46,295 bases of DNA, from positions 1 through 46,295 of the forward strand of contig VBFI01000050.1 in assembly GCA_005889275.1 (NCBI GenBank), in the 5' to 3' direction. The translations under genes were made by a program, and so were the position numbers. The stretch is from Chloroflexota bacterium (lineage in GTDB: Bacteria > Chloroflexota > Limnocylindria > P2-11E). Below are positions 28,725-37,733 of this stretch, in pieces; within the stretch, counting starts at the first letter, position 1; each line of letters starts with the position of its first letter. The notes under the pieces were generated by a model, which saw nothing but the letters and a program-made list of their open reading frames with translations, was not told where the DNA came from and searched no databases.

Positions 28725-31700
28725 GCGCTCACCCTCTCCGGCGCGGGAGTCCGCAGCGGCAAGGTGAAGGTGAACGTGCTCCCGCGACCGATCGCGCTGT
28801 CGACCCAGATCCGGCCGCCGTGCAGCTCGACGAACCGCTTCGCGAGCGCGAGGCCGAGGCCGGTGCCTTCGCGGGAGCGCTCCGAGGCCCGGCGTGCCTG
28901 CTGGAACTCCTCGAAGATCCGCTCCTGGTCCTCCGGAGCGATGCCGATACCCGTGTCACGGACGGTCACGACCACATCGCCGTTGCCCCGGCGCGCCGTG
29001 ACCCCTACACGCCCCCCGTCCGCCGTGAACTTGACGGCGTTCGAGAGCAGGTTGAAGAGCACCTGCTTCACCTTGCGAGGGTCGGCCTCGATGAGGTCGA
29101 TGTCCGGTGCGACGTCGAGCGCCACCGCGATGCCGTGGCGGCTGGCGCGCTCCCGGACCATCGTGATGCCGTTCTGGAGCGCCTCGACGAGGGAGAAACG
29201 GTCGACGTCGAGCTCCATCCGGCCGGCCTCGATCTTCGCGAGATCGAGGATGTCGTTGATCAGCGTGAGGAGGTGCTTCCCCGAGCTCAACACGTCGTTC
29301 AGGTATTCCGCCTGCTTGGGGTTGACCGGCCCGAACATCTGCTCGATGAGGGCCTCGGAGAATCCGATGATCGCGTTCAGGGGAGTCCGCAGCTCGTGCG
29401 ACATCGTCGCGAGGAATTCCGACTTGTGGCGGCTCGCGACCTCCAGCTGGCGGCTCTTCTCCTGTATCTCGTTGAAGAGCCGCACGTTCTCGATCGCGAT
29501 GGCGGCCTGGTCGACGAAGGTTCGCACGAGCTCGACCTCGCGGTCGCTGAAGGGCCGCACCGTGTAGCGGGCCAGCACCATCCCGCCGATCACCCCCTCG
29601 TCGCGCATCATCGGGACCCCGAGGACGGTTCGCGCGTTCGTCATTCGCACCACGCGCGCGTTCTGGAACAACGGATGCGCCTTCGCGTCGGGTATGTGCA
29701 CGGTCGTCTGATCTTCGAGGACGATACCCATGACGCCGAACTTCGGGCCGATCGGCAGCCACCCCTCACTTCCTTCTCTCTCCCGAGCGGCAGCGAGCTC
29801 GGCGCGCACGTCCATGGGGAACGCGGAGCTGTACGCGACTGTGTTGAAGCGATCGCCCTCGGCGCGCGACGTCCAGGCGATGTCCGCGCCGGCAAGCCGC
29901 GCGGCGTTCTCGGTCACGATCTCGAGGACCGGCCCGAGGTCGAATGCCGATCGGCTGATCGTCTTCAGTACCTCCGAGATCGCTGTCTGCCGCTCGAGCG
30001 CCTCCTTTGTCTCGTTGAAAAGGCGGGCGTTCTCGATCGCGATGACCGCCTGCCGGGCGAAGGTCTCGAGCAGCTGGATCTGCTTCGGCGTGAACGGCTG
30101 GACCTCGGTGCGGCGGATCGCGATCGCGCCGATCGCGGCGCTCTGGCGGATCAAGGGCACCACGAGCACGGTCCGGTAGCCCCAGCGGCGCTGGAGCACC
30201 GCGCTGATCGGGTAATCGCCGGCCGCCAGCTCGACCTCCGCGTCCCGGATGTGGATCGGACGCCGCTCGACGATCGAGCGACCGGCCACCGAGCCACGAT
30301 CGAGTGGTAGCGACTCACCCGGATCGAGCCCGGGAATCGGACCGAAGTGGGCCCACTGCGTGATCGTTTCGCCATCCACGCGGTAGACGTGCGCGTCGCT
30401 CGCGCCGCACACGGCCGCCGCGTCCTGCGCGATCGCGTCGAGCACCGGCTGGACATCTGTCGGCGACTGCGCCATCACGCGCAGGATGTCGGCGGTCGCG
30501 GTCTGTTGTTCCAGCGCCTCTTTCGTCTCGTTGAAGAGGCGGGCGTTCTCGATCGCGATGACCGCCTGCCGGGCGAAGGTCTCGACGAGGCGGATCTCCT
30601 GGTCGCTGAACGGGCGGACCTCGCCGCGGTTCATCGCGAAGCTGCCGATCACGAGATTGTCACGGAGCATCGGGACGACCAGCGACGTCCGGTAGGCGCC
30701 GATGGACGTGCCTTCCGACCAGCGATAGTCGGGGTCGCCGCGGAGCTGGACCGTCGGAACGAGCGCGTCGCCGTCGAGCTGCTGGATCGAGCCCCAGTCC
30801 GCCGCGCAGATCGTGACCGCCTTCTCGAGCATGGCTTGGAAGACCGTGTGCAGGTCGAACGCCGATCGGCTGATGACCTGGAGCACGTCCGCCGTCGCCG
30901 TCTGCTGCTCCAGGGCGTCCTTCGTCTCGTTGAAGAGGCGTACGTTCTCGATCGCGATCGCGGCCTGGCGGGCGAAGGTCTCGACGAGCTCGATCTGACG
31001 ATCGGTGAAAGCCCGCGCCACCCTCCGGGTGAGACCGAGGACGCCGAGAAGGCGGCCCTCGGCGAGGATCGGCACGCCCAACCGAGTCCCGGGGCCGTCC
31101 TGCGGCAGTGACGGATCGCGCGCCGCATCGGGAACGTGGGTCGTTCTCCTCGCGGCGGCGGTCATCCCAATGACCGACTTCCCGGTGGTCAATCGAGTGC
31201 CTACGTCGTACTTGCCGGGAAGCCCGGATTGCGCGCGCACGACGAAAGAATTTCCCTCGCCGCCCCAGAACGTGGCGTTGTCGGCTTCGCAGAGCCGAAC
31301 CGCGGACTCGGTGACCGCCTGGTACATCGGAGCGAGGTCGAACGGCGCCTCGCTGATCACCTTCAGCACGTGCGCGACCGCGGTCTGCTGGTCGAGCGAC
31401 TCTTTGGTCTCGTTGAAGAGGCGGACGTTCTCGATCGCGATCGCCGCCTGATCGGCGAACGTCTGAACCAGGCGGATCTCCTCGTCGCTGAAGGGATCGA
31501 CCTGCATCCGCGCCACGCCGATGATGCCGACGACGTCGTCTCCCCGCATGATTGGTACGCCGAGGACCGTGTGCACGTCGTGCTCGCGGTTCGGCGGCCA
31601 GTGGTACTCGGGGTCTTTGAAGAGATCCGGGATGTGGACGGGCCGCTTCTCGATCGCTGTACGCCCCACGAGCGTCGAGCGCCCGATGCTCGTCGGGTGT

Positions 31701-34075
31701 GCGTACTCGTACTCCACGAGCTCGGGCAGGCCTCCGCTCGTCGCCACGAGACGGAACACCTCGCCGTCCCGGCGGAAGACGTACGCCCAGTCGCCGTGGC
31801 AGAGCCGATTCGCGTTCTCCACCGCGACGTCGAACACGGAGCCCAGGTCGAATGCGGATCGGCTGATCGCCTTGAGGACGTCGGCGGTCGCCGTCTGCTG
31901 CTCGAGAGCGTTCTTCGTCTCGTTGAAGAGGCGAACGTTTTCGATCGCGATGACCGCCTGGTCTGCGAACGTCTTGACGAGGTCGACTTCGCGTTCGGAG
32001 AAAGGCCGAGGTGTCCGCCGCGCGACGACCACGACGCCGATCGGCGCCGAGTCGCGAAGGAGCGGAACGGCGAGCACGCTCCGCGCGCCGATCGCTTTCG
32101 CCACGTCCGAACGCGCGAATTCAGGTGTCGTCTCGAGATCCGGCAGGTTGATGACTCGAGCTTCTTGGAACGCTCTGGCCATCACACTCGCCCGTGGCGC
32201 CGCCTTCACGCTTGTCGGCACCGGTCCGACGTCGTCGATCAGCGCTTGCAGCTCAGGCGTTCGTCCGTACCGAACGAATTCCATCAACCAGTCGCCTTCG
32301 CGGCGGCGCATCCAGGCGACGTCCGCGTCGCATAACGTCGCGACGTTCTGGACCACCGTCGTGAGGACGCGCTCGAGGTCGAAGACCGATCGACTGATCG
32401 TCTTGAGCACTTCGGCCGTCGCCGTCTGCTGGCCGAGGGCTTCTTTCGTCTCGTTGAAGAGGCGAACGTTCTCGATCGCGATGACGGCCTGGTCGGCGAA
32501 CGCCTCGACGAGCCGGATCTGGTTCGGCGTGAACGGGATCGGCTCGCGCTTGCGGAGGGCGATCGTGCCGATGGGCGAGCCCTCTCTCAGGAGCGGCGCA
32601 ACGAGCACCGCGCGTTGCCCCAGCGCGGCGAAACGTTCGCGCGTGACCGGAAACGCGTTGGCTGCCTCCGACTCGACGTCAGGAATGTGGATCGTGCGAC
32701 GCTCGAGCATCGCCGCACCGCTGACGGTGTCCGCGCTGGCGGCCACCGGCCTGTTCGAGCGTGGGAGATCGCCGTAGTGCGCTTCGGGGTAAAGGTCGTC
32801 GCCTCGCTTGATCCACACCTGCGCATCGGTGGCCCCGCAGAACCGGACGACGCTCGTCGCGATCGCGTCGAGCACGGGCGCAAGATCGGTGGGCGACCCC
32901 GCGATCGCGCGCAGGATGTCGGCCGTCGCCGTCTGCCGCTCGAGCGCCTCCTTCGTCTCGTTGAAGAGGCGGACGTTCTCAACGGCGACGGCCGCCTGAC
33001 GGGCGAATGTCTCGAGCACGTCAATCTCGCGCGGGCTGAACGGCGAGACTTCGTTCCGCCGGGCGATGACGATGCCCACGAGGGCGGCCCCCTTGACGAT
33101 GGGGACGCCGAGGATCGTCCGTGCCGGCGTCCCCGACAGCGCGGCGATGAAATCGAGGCTCCTCGTGTTGTCGTAGTCGGGATCGGCGCGGACGTCGGGG
33201 ATCTGCACGGTCGCCCTCTCGAGCAGGACCCTGCCGACGACGGTCGCGCGTTCCTTGACGAGCCGGCCCTGTTGGGCCGCCTCCGTCGCGATCCGCTCGA
33301 AGGCCGCTTCGTCGGCGAACCGTCCCGACGCCGTCGCGCTGGCGACGTGCCGGTAGACCTCACCGTCAGCGCGGAAGATCGAGGCGTTGTCGGCGAGGCA
33401 GAGGTTCACCGCGCTCCGGACGATCGTGCGGAACACGATCGAGACGTCGGCGGTCGACTGGCTCATCGCCTCCAGCACCTGGCTGACCGCAATCTGGCGC
33501 TCGAGCGCGTCGCGGGTCTCCGTCGAGAGGCGGGTGTTGTCGATCGCGATCGCGGCCTGGTCGGCGAACGCGCGGACGAGCGCGATCTCGCGCTCGGTGA
33601 ACGGCCGCACCTCCGGTCTGATGAGCGACAGGACGCCGATCACGGCGTCGCCGCGGAGAAGCGGGACCCCCAGGGCGCTGTGGTAGCCGAACTCGGCCGC
33701 GTCCTGCCTGAAGTAGTCGGAATCCGCCTCGACCGTCGCGTCGCGGACGTGAAAGACAGCCTTGCTCTCGAAGGCGTGCTTCACGATGTAGGAGCGCTCG
33801 ATGGGAAAGGGCTGCCGAACCCGTTTCTGCCAATCGCGGATCTTCTCGGATGGCTCGGGAGACCCGGCCACGAGGTGGAACGTGTCGCCGTCGATGAGGA
33901 ACAGGCTCCCGTTGCGCCGCGCATCGCAGAGCTCTCCGGCGCGCTGCACCACCGTGTCGAGCACGGCCTGAAGGTCCGGCGGGGTCCGGCTCATCACCGC
34001 GAGCACCTCCGCGAGCGCGGCTTCGCCAGCCCGCGATTCGGCGAGGTCTCGCTTCAGGTCCGTCGCTCCGCCCAA
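28721..34075 (-). CDS. Cytoplasmic sensor histidine kinase with nine tandem GAF domains
   Basis: Nine units each ending in FAxQAxIAIENxRLFNE; HisKA (MSHELRTPLN) and HATPase (NLLSNAVKFT, DTGIG, GTGLGL); TTG start with GGAGGGGAG SD; no TM segment. Confidence 0.93.
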   Translation of the reverse strand: MGGATDLKRDLAESRAGEAALAEVLAVMSRTPPDLQAVLDTVVQRAGELCDARRNGSLFLIDGDTFHLVAGSPEPSEKIRDWQKRVRQPFPIERSYIVKHAFESKAVFHVRDATVEADSDYFRQDAAEFGYHSALGVPLLRGDAVIGVLSLIRPEVRPFTEREIALVRAFADQAAIAIDNTRLSTETRDALERQIAVSQVLEAMSQSTADVSIVFRTIVRSAVNLCLADNASIFRADGEVYRHVASATASGRFADEAAFERIATEAAQQGRLVKERATVVGRVLLERATVQIPDVRADPDYDNTRSLDFIAALSGTPARTILGVPIVKGAALVGIVIARRNEVSPFSPREIDVLETFARQAAVAVENVRLFNETKEALERQTATADILRAIAGSPTDLAPVLDAIATSVVRFCGATDAQVWIKRGDDLYPEAHYGDLPRSNRPVAASADTVSGAAMLERRTIHIPDVESEAANAFPVTRERFAALGQRAVLVAPLLREGSPIGTIALRKREPIPFTPNQIRLVEAFADQAVIAIENVRLFNETKEALGQQTATAEVLKTISRSVFDLERVLTTVVQNVATLCDADVAWMRRREGDWLMEFVRYGRTPELQALIDDVGPVPTSVKAAPRASVMARAFQEARVINLPDLETTPEFARSDVAKAIGARSVLAVPLLRDSAPIGVVVVARRTPRPFSEREVDLVKTFADQAVIAIENVRLFNETKNALEQQTATADVLKAISRSAFDLGSVFDVAVENANRLCHGDWAYVFRRDGEVFRLVATSGGLPELVEYEYAHPTSIGRSTLVGRTAIEKRPVHIPDLFKDPEYHWPPNREHDVHTVLGVPIMRGDDVVGIIGVARMQVDPFSDEEIRLVQTFADQAAIAIENVRLFNETKESLDQQTAVAHVLKVISEAPFDLAPMYQAVTESAVRLCEADNATFWGGEGNSFVVRAQSGLPGKYDVGTRLTTGKSVIGMTAAARRTTHVPDAARDPSLPQDGPGTRLGVPILAEGRLLGVLGLTRRVARAFTDRQIELVETFARQAAIAIENVRLFNETKDALEQQTATADVLQVISRSAFDLHTVFQAMLEKAVTICAADWGSIQQLDGDALVPTVQLRGDPDYRWSEGTSIGAYRTSLVVPMLRDNLVIGSFAMNRGEVRPFSDQEIRLVETFARQAVIAIENARLFNETKEALEQQTATADILRVMAQSPTDVQPVLDAIAQDAAAVCGASDAHVYRVDGETITQWAHFGPIPGLDPGESLPLDRGSVAGRSIVERRPIHIRDAEVELAAGDYPISAVLQRRWGYRTVLVVPLIRQSAAIGAIAIRRTEVQPFTPKQIQLLETFARQAVIAIENARLFNETKEALERQTAISEVLKTISRSAFDLGPVLEIVTENAARLAGADIAWTSRAEGDRFNTVAYSSAFPMDVRAELAAAREREGSEGWLPIGPKFGVMGIVLEDQTTVHIPDAKAHPLFQNARVVRMTNARTVLGVPMMRDEGVIGGMVLARYTVRPFSDREVELVRTFVDQAAIAIENVRLFNEIQEKSRQLEVASRHKSEFLATMSHELRTPLNAIIGFSEALIEQMFGPVNPKQAEYLNDVLSSGKHLLTLINDILDLAKIEAGRMELDVDRFSLVEALQNGITMVRERASRHGIAVALDVAPDIDLIEADPRKVKQVLFNLLSNAVKFTADGGRVGVTARRGNGDVVVTVRDTGIGIAPEDQERIFEEFQQARRASERSREGTGLGLALAKRFVELHGGRIWVDSAIGRGSTFTFTLPLRTPAPERVSA

Positions 34076-34142
34076 ACTGCTCCCCTCCCGAGTGCGGCAA
34101 TCCTAGTGACCGCCTCTCGAACACGGAAGTGATAATCCGCGC

Positions 34143-34991
34143 GTGAGCGTCCAGGTCGCGCGGCATGTCGGCGAGGTACTGGACAACCTTTCCAGCGTGA
34201 CCGGGGCGACATTGCTCGCCGGCGGGACCGACCTCCTGGTCGAGATCAACTTCGGACGCGCGCGGCCGGCGACCGTCGTCGCGATCGACCGCGTCGCGGA
34301 GCTGAAAAACCTCGAACGTAACGGTCGTGTGCGCATGGGCGCGCTTGTCACGTACACGCGGATGCTCGACGACGATCCGGGCTCGCCGGCGCTTCGGGAG
34401 GCCGCGCGCACGGTCGGGTCGCCGCAGATCCGCAACGCGGGGACGCTCGGCGGGAACCTCGGGACCTGCTCGCCGGCCGGCGACACGCTGCCCGTCCTCG
34501 CGGCCCTCGACGCGACCATCGTCCTCCGGTCGGCGAAGACCGAGCGGCGCCTGCGCTTCGGCGAGTTCATGACCGGGCCCAAGAAGAGCGCCCGTCGCCC
34601 CGACGAGCTCATCGTGGCCGCGGAGTGGGACGATGCCGGCCCGGCGCAGACGTTCATGAAAGTCGGCACACGGAACGCAATGGTCATCGCGGTCGCGGGG
34701 CTCGCCCTCGTCGTGGACCGGGCGCGCAAGCGGGTCGGCGCCGGCCTAGGCTCGTGCGGCCCGACGATCATCCGCGCGGCCGAGGCCGAGCGGTTCGCCG
34801 AGGGCCTCTTCGCCGACGCCGGTTGGGAGCGAGCGAGTCGGCCGAGCGACGCCGCCGCGAAGGAATTCGGACGCCTCGTGGCCGCGGCGGCGAAGCCGAT
34901 CGACGACGTCCGCGGGACGGCGGCGTACCGCCGTCACGTGCTCGCGGTGATGGGCGCGCGCGCCCTCGCGCGCGTGGCGGCGATCGCATGA
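34143..34991 (+). CDS. pucC: Xanthine dehydrogenase family FAD-binding subunit
   Basis: AGGTDL, VGSPQIRNAGTLGGN, SPAGD and PIDDVRGTAAYRR motifs. Confidence 0.85.
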   Translation: MSVQVARHVGEVLDNLSSVTGATLLAGGTDLLVEINFGRARPATVVAIDRVAELKNLERNGRVRMGALVTYTRMLDDDPGSPALREAARTVGSPQIRNAGTLGGNLGTCSPAGDTLPVLAALDATIVLRSAKTERRLRFGEFMTGPKKSARRPDELIVAAEWDDAGPAQTFMKVGTRNAMVIAVAGLALVVDRARKRVGAGLGSCGPTIIRAAEAERFAEGLFADAGWERASRPSDAAAKEFGRLVAAAAKPIDDVRGTAAYRRHVLAVMGARALARVAAIA

Positions 34992-35449
34992 AGCTGAACG
35001 TGAACGGCAGCGAGCGCGATCTCGAGGTCGACGATCACGAGAGCCTCCTCACTGCACTTCGCGAGCGCCTTGGCCTGCCGGGAAGCAAGAACGCCTGCGA
35101 GCAAGGCGAGTGCGGTTCATGCTCCGTGCTCCTGGACGGCGCGCTCGTGTGCTCATGCCTGGTCCTCGCGGGCGCCGTCGCGGGCCGCGACGTCCGGACC
35201 GTCGAGGCGCTCTCGGACGACGAGGGGCTGCACCCCGTGCAGCGCGCGTTCGCCGAAACCGGCGCGGTGCAGTGCGGCTTCTGCACGCCGGGGCTCGTCG
35301 TCGCGACGTACGCGCTGCTCACCGAGAACCCCGAGCCATCGGACCGTGAGGTGCGCGAGGCGCTGTCGGGGAACATCTGCCGCTGCACTGGGTACGGCAG
35401 GATCCTCGAGGCGGTCCAGCGCGCTTCGGCCGCGATGTACCGGCGATGA
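34988..35449 (+). CDS. pucE: Xanthine dehydrogenase family 2x[2Fe-2S] subunit
   Basis: CEQGECGSC...CSC, QCGFCTPG and GNICRCTGY motifs; ATG 34988 overlaps the upstream stop. Confidence 0.88.
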   Translation: MKLNVNGSERDLEVDDHESLLTALRERLGLPGSKNACEQGECGSCSVLLDGALVCSCLVLAGAVAGRDVRTVEALSDDEGLHPVQRAFAETGAVQCGFCTPGLVVATYALLTENPEPSDREVREALSGNICRCTGYGRILEAVQRASAAMYRR

Positions 35450-37728
35450 GCACCTCCGCACCGCGCGTCCGAGTTCGCGGCGTGGTCGGCGAGTCGGTTG
35501 AGCGTCCGGACGCCGTCCCCAAGGTGAAGGGCGAGTTCGAATACGCGAGCGACCTGCGGCGCGACGGAATGCTCTTCGGCGCGACCCTCCGCAGCCCGCA
35601 CGCGCATGCGCGCATCGCCGGAATCGAAACGTCCGCGGCGAAGCGGATGAGCGGCGTCCGGGCGGTCATCACGTCCGGGGAGCTGCCGACACGTGAGCGG
35701 TTCGGCCTGATGAAGCTCGACCAGCCCGTCCTCGCGACCGAGCGTGTCCGCTACGTCGGTGAGCCGGTCGCGATCGTCGCCGCGGATTCGGCCGAGGAGG
35801 CGCGGCTCGCCGTGCGCGCGATCACCGTCCGCTACGAGCCGCTCGCCGCGATCACCGATCCAGTCGCAGCGCTCCAGCAGGGTGCGGAGCAGCTGCATCG
35901 GAGCGGGAACGTCATCGATGAGGTGATCGTCGTGCACGGCGATCCGGACACGCGTGCCGACGTCGTCGTCGAGGGTGAGTACGAGGTCGCGATGCAGGAC
36001 CAGGCCGCGCTCGGCCCGGAGGCAGGTCTCGCGATCCCGCGCCGAGACGGCGGCGTCGACCTGCACGTCGCCACGCAGTGGCTGCACGAAGACCTGCGCC
36101 AGATCGCACCCTGCCTCGGACTTCCTGAGTCGAAGGTGCGGCTCGTCCTCGCCGGCGTCGGCGGGGCGTTCGGCGCGCGAGAGGACGTGACCCTGCAGAT
36201 CCACACGTGCCTCCTCGCGCTCGCCACGAGGCGGCCGGTCCGCATGACCTACGGGCGCGAGGAGTCGTTCTACGGCCACGTCCACAGGCATCCGGCGAAG
36301 CTCTTCTACGCGCACGGGGCGACGAAGCGAGGCGAGCTCGTCTTCGTGCGCGCGACGATCGTGCTGGACGGGGGCGCCTACGCGTCGTCGAGCCCGGCGG
36401 TCATCGCGAACGCGGCCTGCTTCGGGGCGGGGCCGTACCGTGTCCCGAACGCCCGCATCCACGCGGTCGGTGCGTACACCAATAACCCGCCGGCCGGCGC
36501 GATGCGCGGCTTCGGCGCGGTCCAGTCGTGCTTCGCGTACGAGGGACAGATGGACGCCCTCGCCGCGAAGCTCGGCATCGACCCGGTGGAGCTCCGCGAG
36601 CGGAACGCCCTGCGCAACGGCGATCCGATCATCACCTCACAACCCGTCGAGGGCAGCGCCCCGGTCGCCGAGATCGTGCGGCGCTGCGCCGACGCTCCAC
36701 TCCCGCCGCGGGGGCCCGAGACCGATCCCATCGCGCTGCCCGGCGGCGCGGGGAACCTCACGCACGGTGAGGGCGTGCGCCGCGGTGTCGGCTTCGCGGT
36801 CGGCATGAAGAACGTCTGCTACTCGCACGGGTTCGACGACTTCGCGACCGCCCGCGTTCGCCTCATGCGCGACGAGCGCGGTCCGCTCGCGCGCGTGCAC
36901 ACGGCGGCCGCCGAGGTGGGCCAGGGGCTCGTGACCGTCTGCGTGCAGATCGTCCGGACCGAGCTCGGCGTCGAGCGCGTCGAGCTCGATCCGCCCGACA
37001 CGACGATCGGCTCCGCGGGATCGTCGTCGGCCTCGCGGCAGACCTGGATGACCGGGGGCGCCGTCCTCGCCGCGTGCCGCGAGGTCAAGGCGGTCCTGCT
37101 TTCGCGCGCACGCGCGACTGGACGGCCACCGGACGACCTCGCCGCGCTGCTCGATGAGCCGATCGACAAGACGGTGAGCCACCGCCACCGGGACACCGAG
37201 CCGCGCGACGCGGCGACCCAGAACGCGGGACACGTCGCGTTTCTGTTCGCGGCCCATCGCGCCGTCGCCGACGTCGACATCGAGACCGGCCTCATCAAGG
37301 TCGTGCAGATCGCGACAGCGCAGGACGTCGGCAAAGCGATCAACCCGCTGGCGGTCGTCGGCCAGATCGAGGGTGGCATCGCGCAGGGCCTCGGGCTCGC
37401 GGTCATGGAGGAGGTGATCCTGAAAGACGGGCACGTGCGGAACGCGTCGTTCACCGACTACCTCCTGCCGACGACCCTCGACATGCCACCGGTCGTCACG
37501 CTGCTCATCGAACACCCGCATCCCGACGCCCCGTACGGCGCGAAAGGCGTCGGGGAGCCGCCGACGATCTCGAGCACGCCGGCGATCGTCGCCGCGATCC
37601 GCGCCGCGACGGGACGGACGCTCCACCGGGTGCCGGTCCGTCCCGACGACATCGTGTTCGACGAGCCCTACCGCTCGGGATGGCGGATCACGCCCGGGGA
37701 CGATCCACGGCGCGCGGTGCGCGCGTAG
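35446..37728 (+). CDS. pucD: Xanthine dehydrogenase molybdopterin-binding subunit
   Basis: LRSPHAHARI, GGAFGARED, AMRGFGAVQ, EVGQG, SSASRQT, GQIEGG and KGVGEP motifs; purine catabolic context. Confidence 0.85.
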   Translation: MSTSAPRVRVRGVVGESVERPDAVPKVKGEFEYASDLRRDGMLFGATLRSPHAHARIAGIETSAAKRMSGVRAVITSGELPTRERFGLMKLDQPVLATERVRYVGEPVAIVAADSAEEARLAVRAITVRYEPLAAITDPVAALQQGAEQLHRSGNVIDEVIVVHGDPDTRADVVVEGEYEVAMQDQAALGPEAGLAIPRRDGGVDLHVATQWLHEDLRQIAPCLGLPESKVRLVLAGVGGAFGAREDVTLQIHTCLLALATRRPVRMTYGREESFYGHVHRHPAKLFYAHGATKRGELVFVRATIVLDGGAYASSSPAVIANAACFGAGPYRVPNARIHAVGAYTNNPPAGAMRGFGAVQSCFAYEGQMDALAAKLGIDPVELRERNALRNGDPIITSQPVEGSAPVAEIVRRCADAPLPPRGPETDPIALPGGAGNLTHGEGVRRGVGFAVGMKNVCYSHGFDDFATARVRLMRDERGPLARVHTAAAEVGQGLVTVCVQIVRTELGVERVELDPPDTTIGSAGSSSASRQTWMTGGAVLAACREVKAVLLSRARATGRPPDDLAALLDEPIDKTVSHRHRDTEPRDAATQNAGHVAFLFAAHRAVADVDIETGLIKVVQIATAQDVGKAINPLAVVGQIEGGIAQGLGLAVMEEVILKDGHVRNASFTDYLLPTTLDMPPVVTLLIEHPHPDAPYGAKGVGEPPTISSTPAIVAAIRAATGRTLHRVPVRPDDIVFDEPYRSGWRITPGDDPRRAVRA

Positions 37729-37733
37729 GTCGC

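Noticed and set aside
29460-33550. Regularly spaced near-identical DNA repeats (GTCTCGTTGAAGAGGCG...TTCTCGATCGCGAT) resembling an array
   Set aside because: They encode the AIENxRLFNET linkers between GAF domains, spaced 400-560 bp apart within one ORF; not CRISPR or a mobile repeat.
34143-37728. Possible aerobic CO dehydrogenase (coxMSL gene order)
   Set aside because: The large subunit has AMRGFG rather than the AYxCSFR CODH signature, and the purine catabolic context favours xanthine dehydrogenase.
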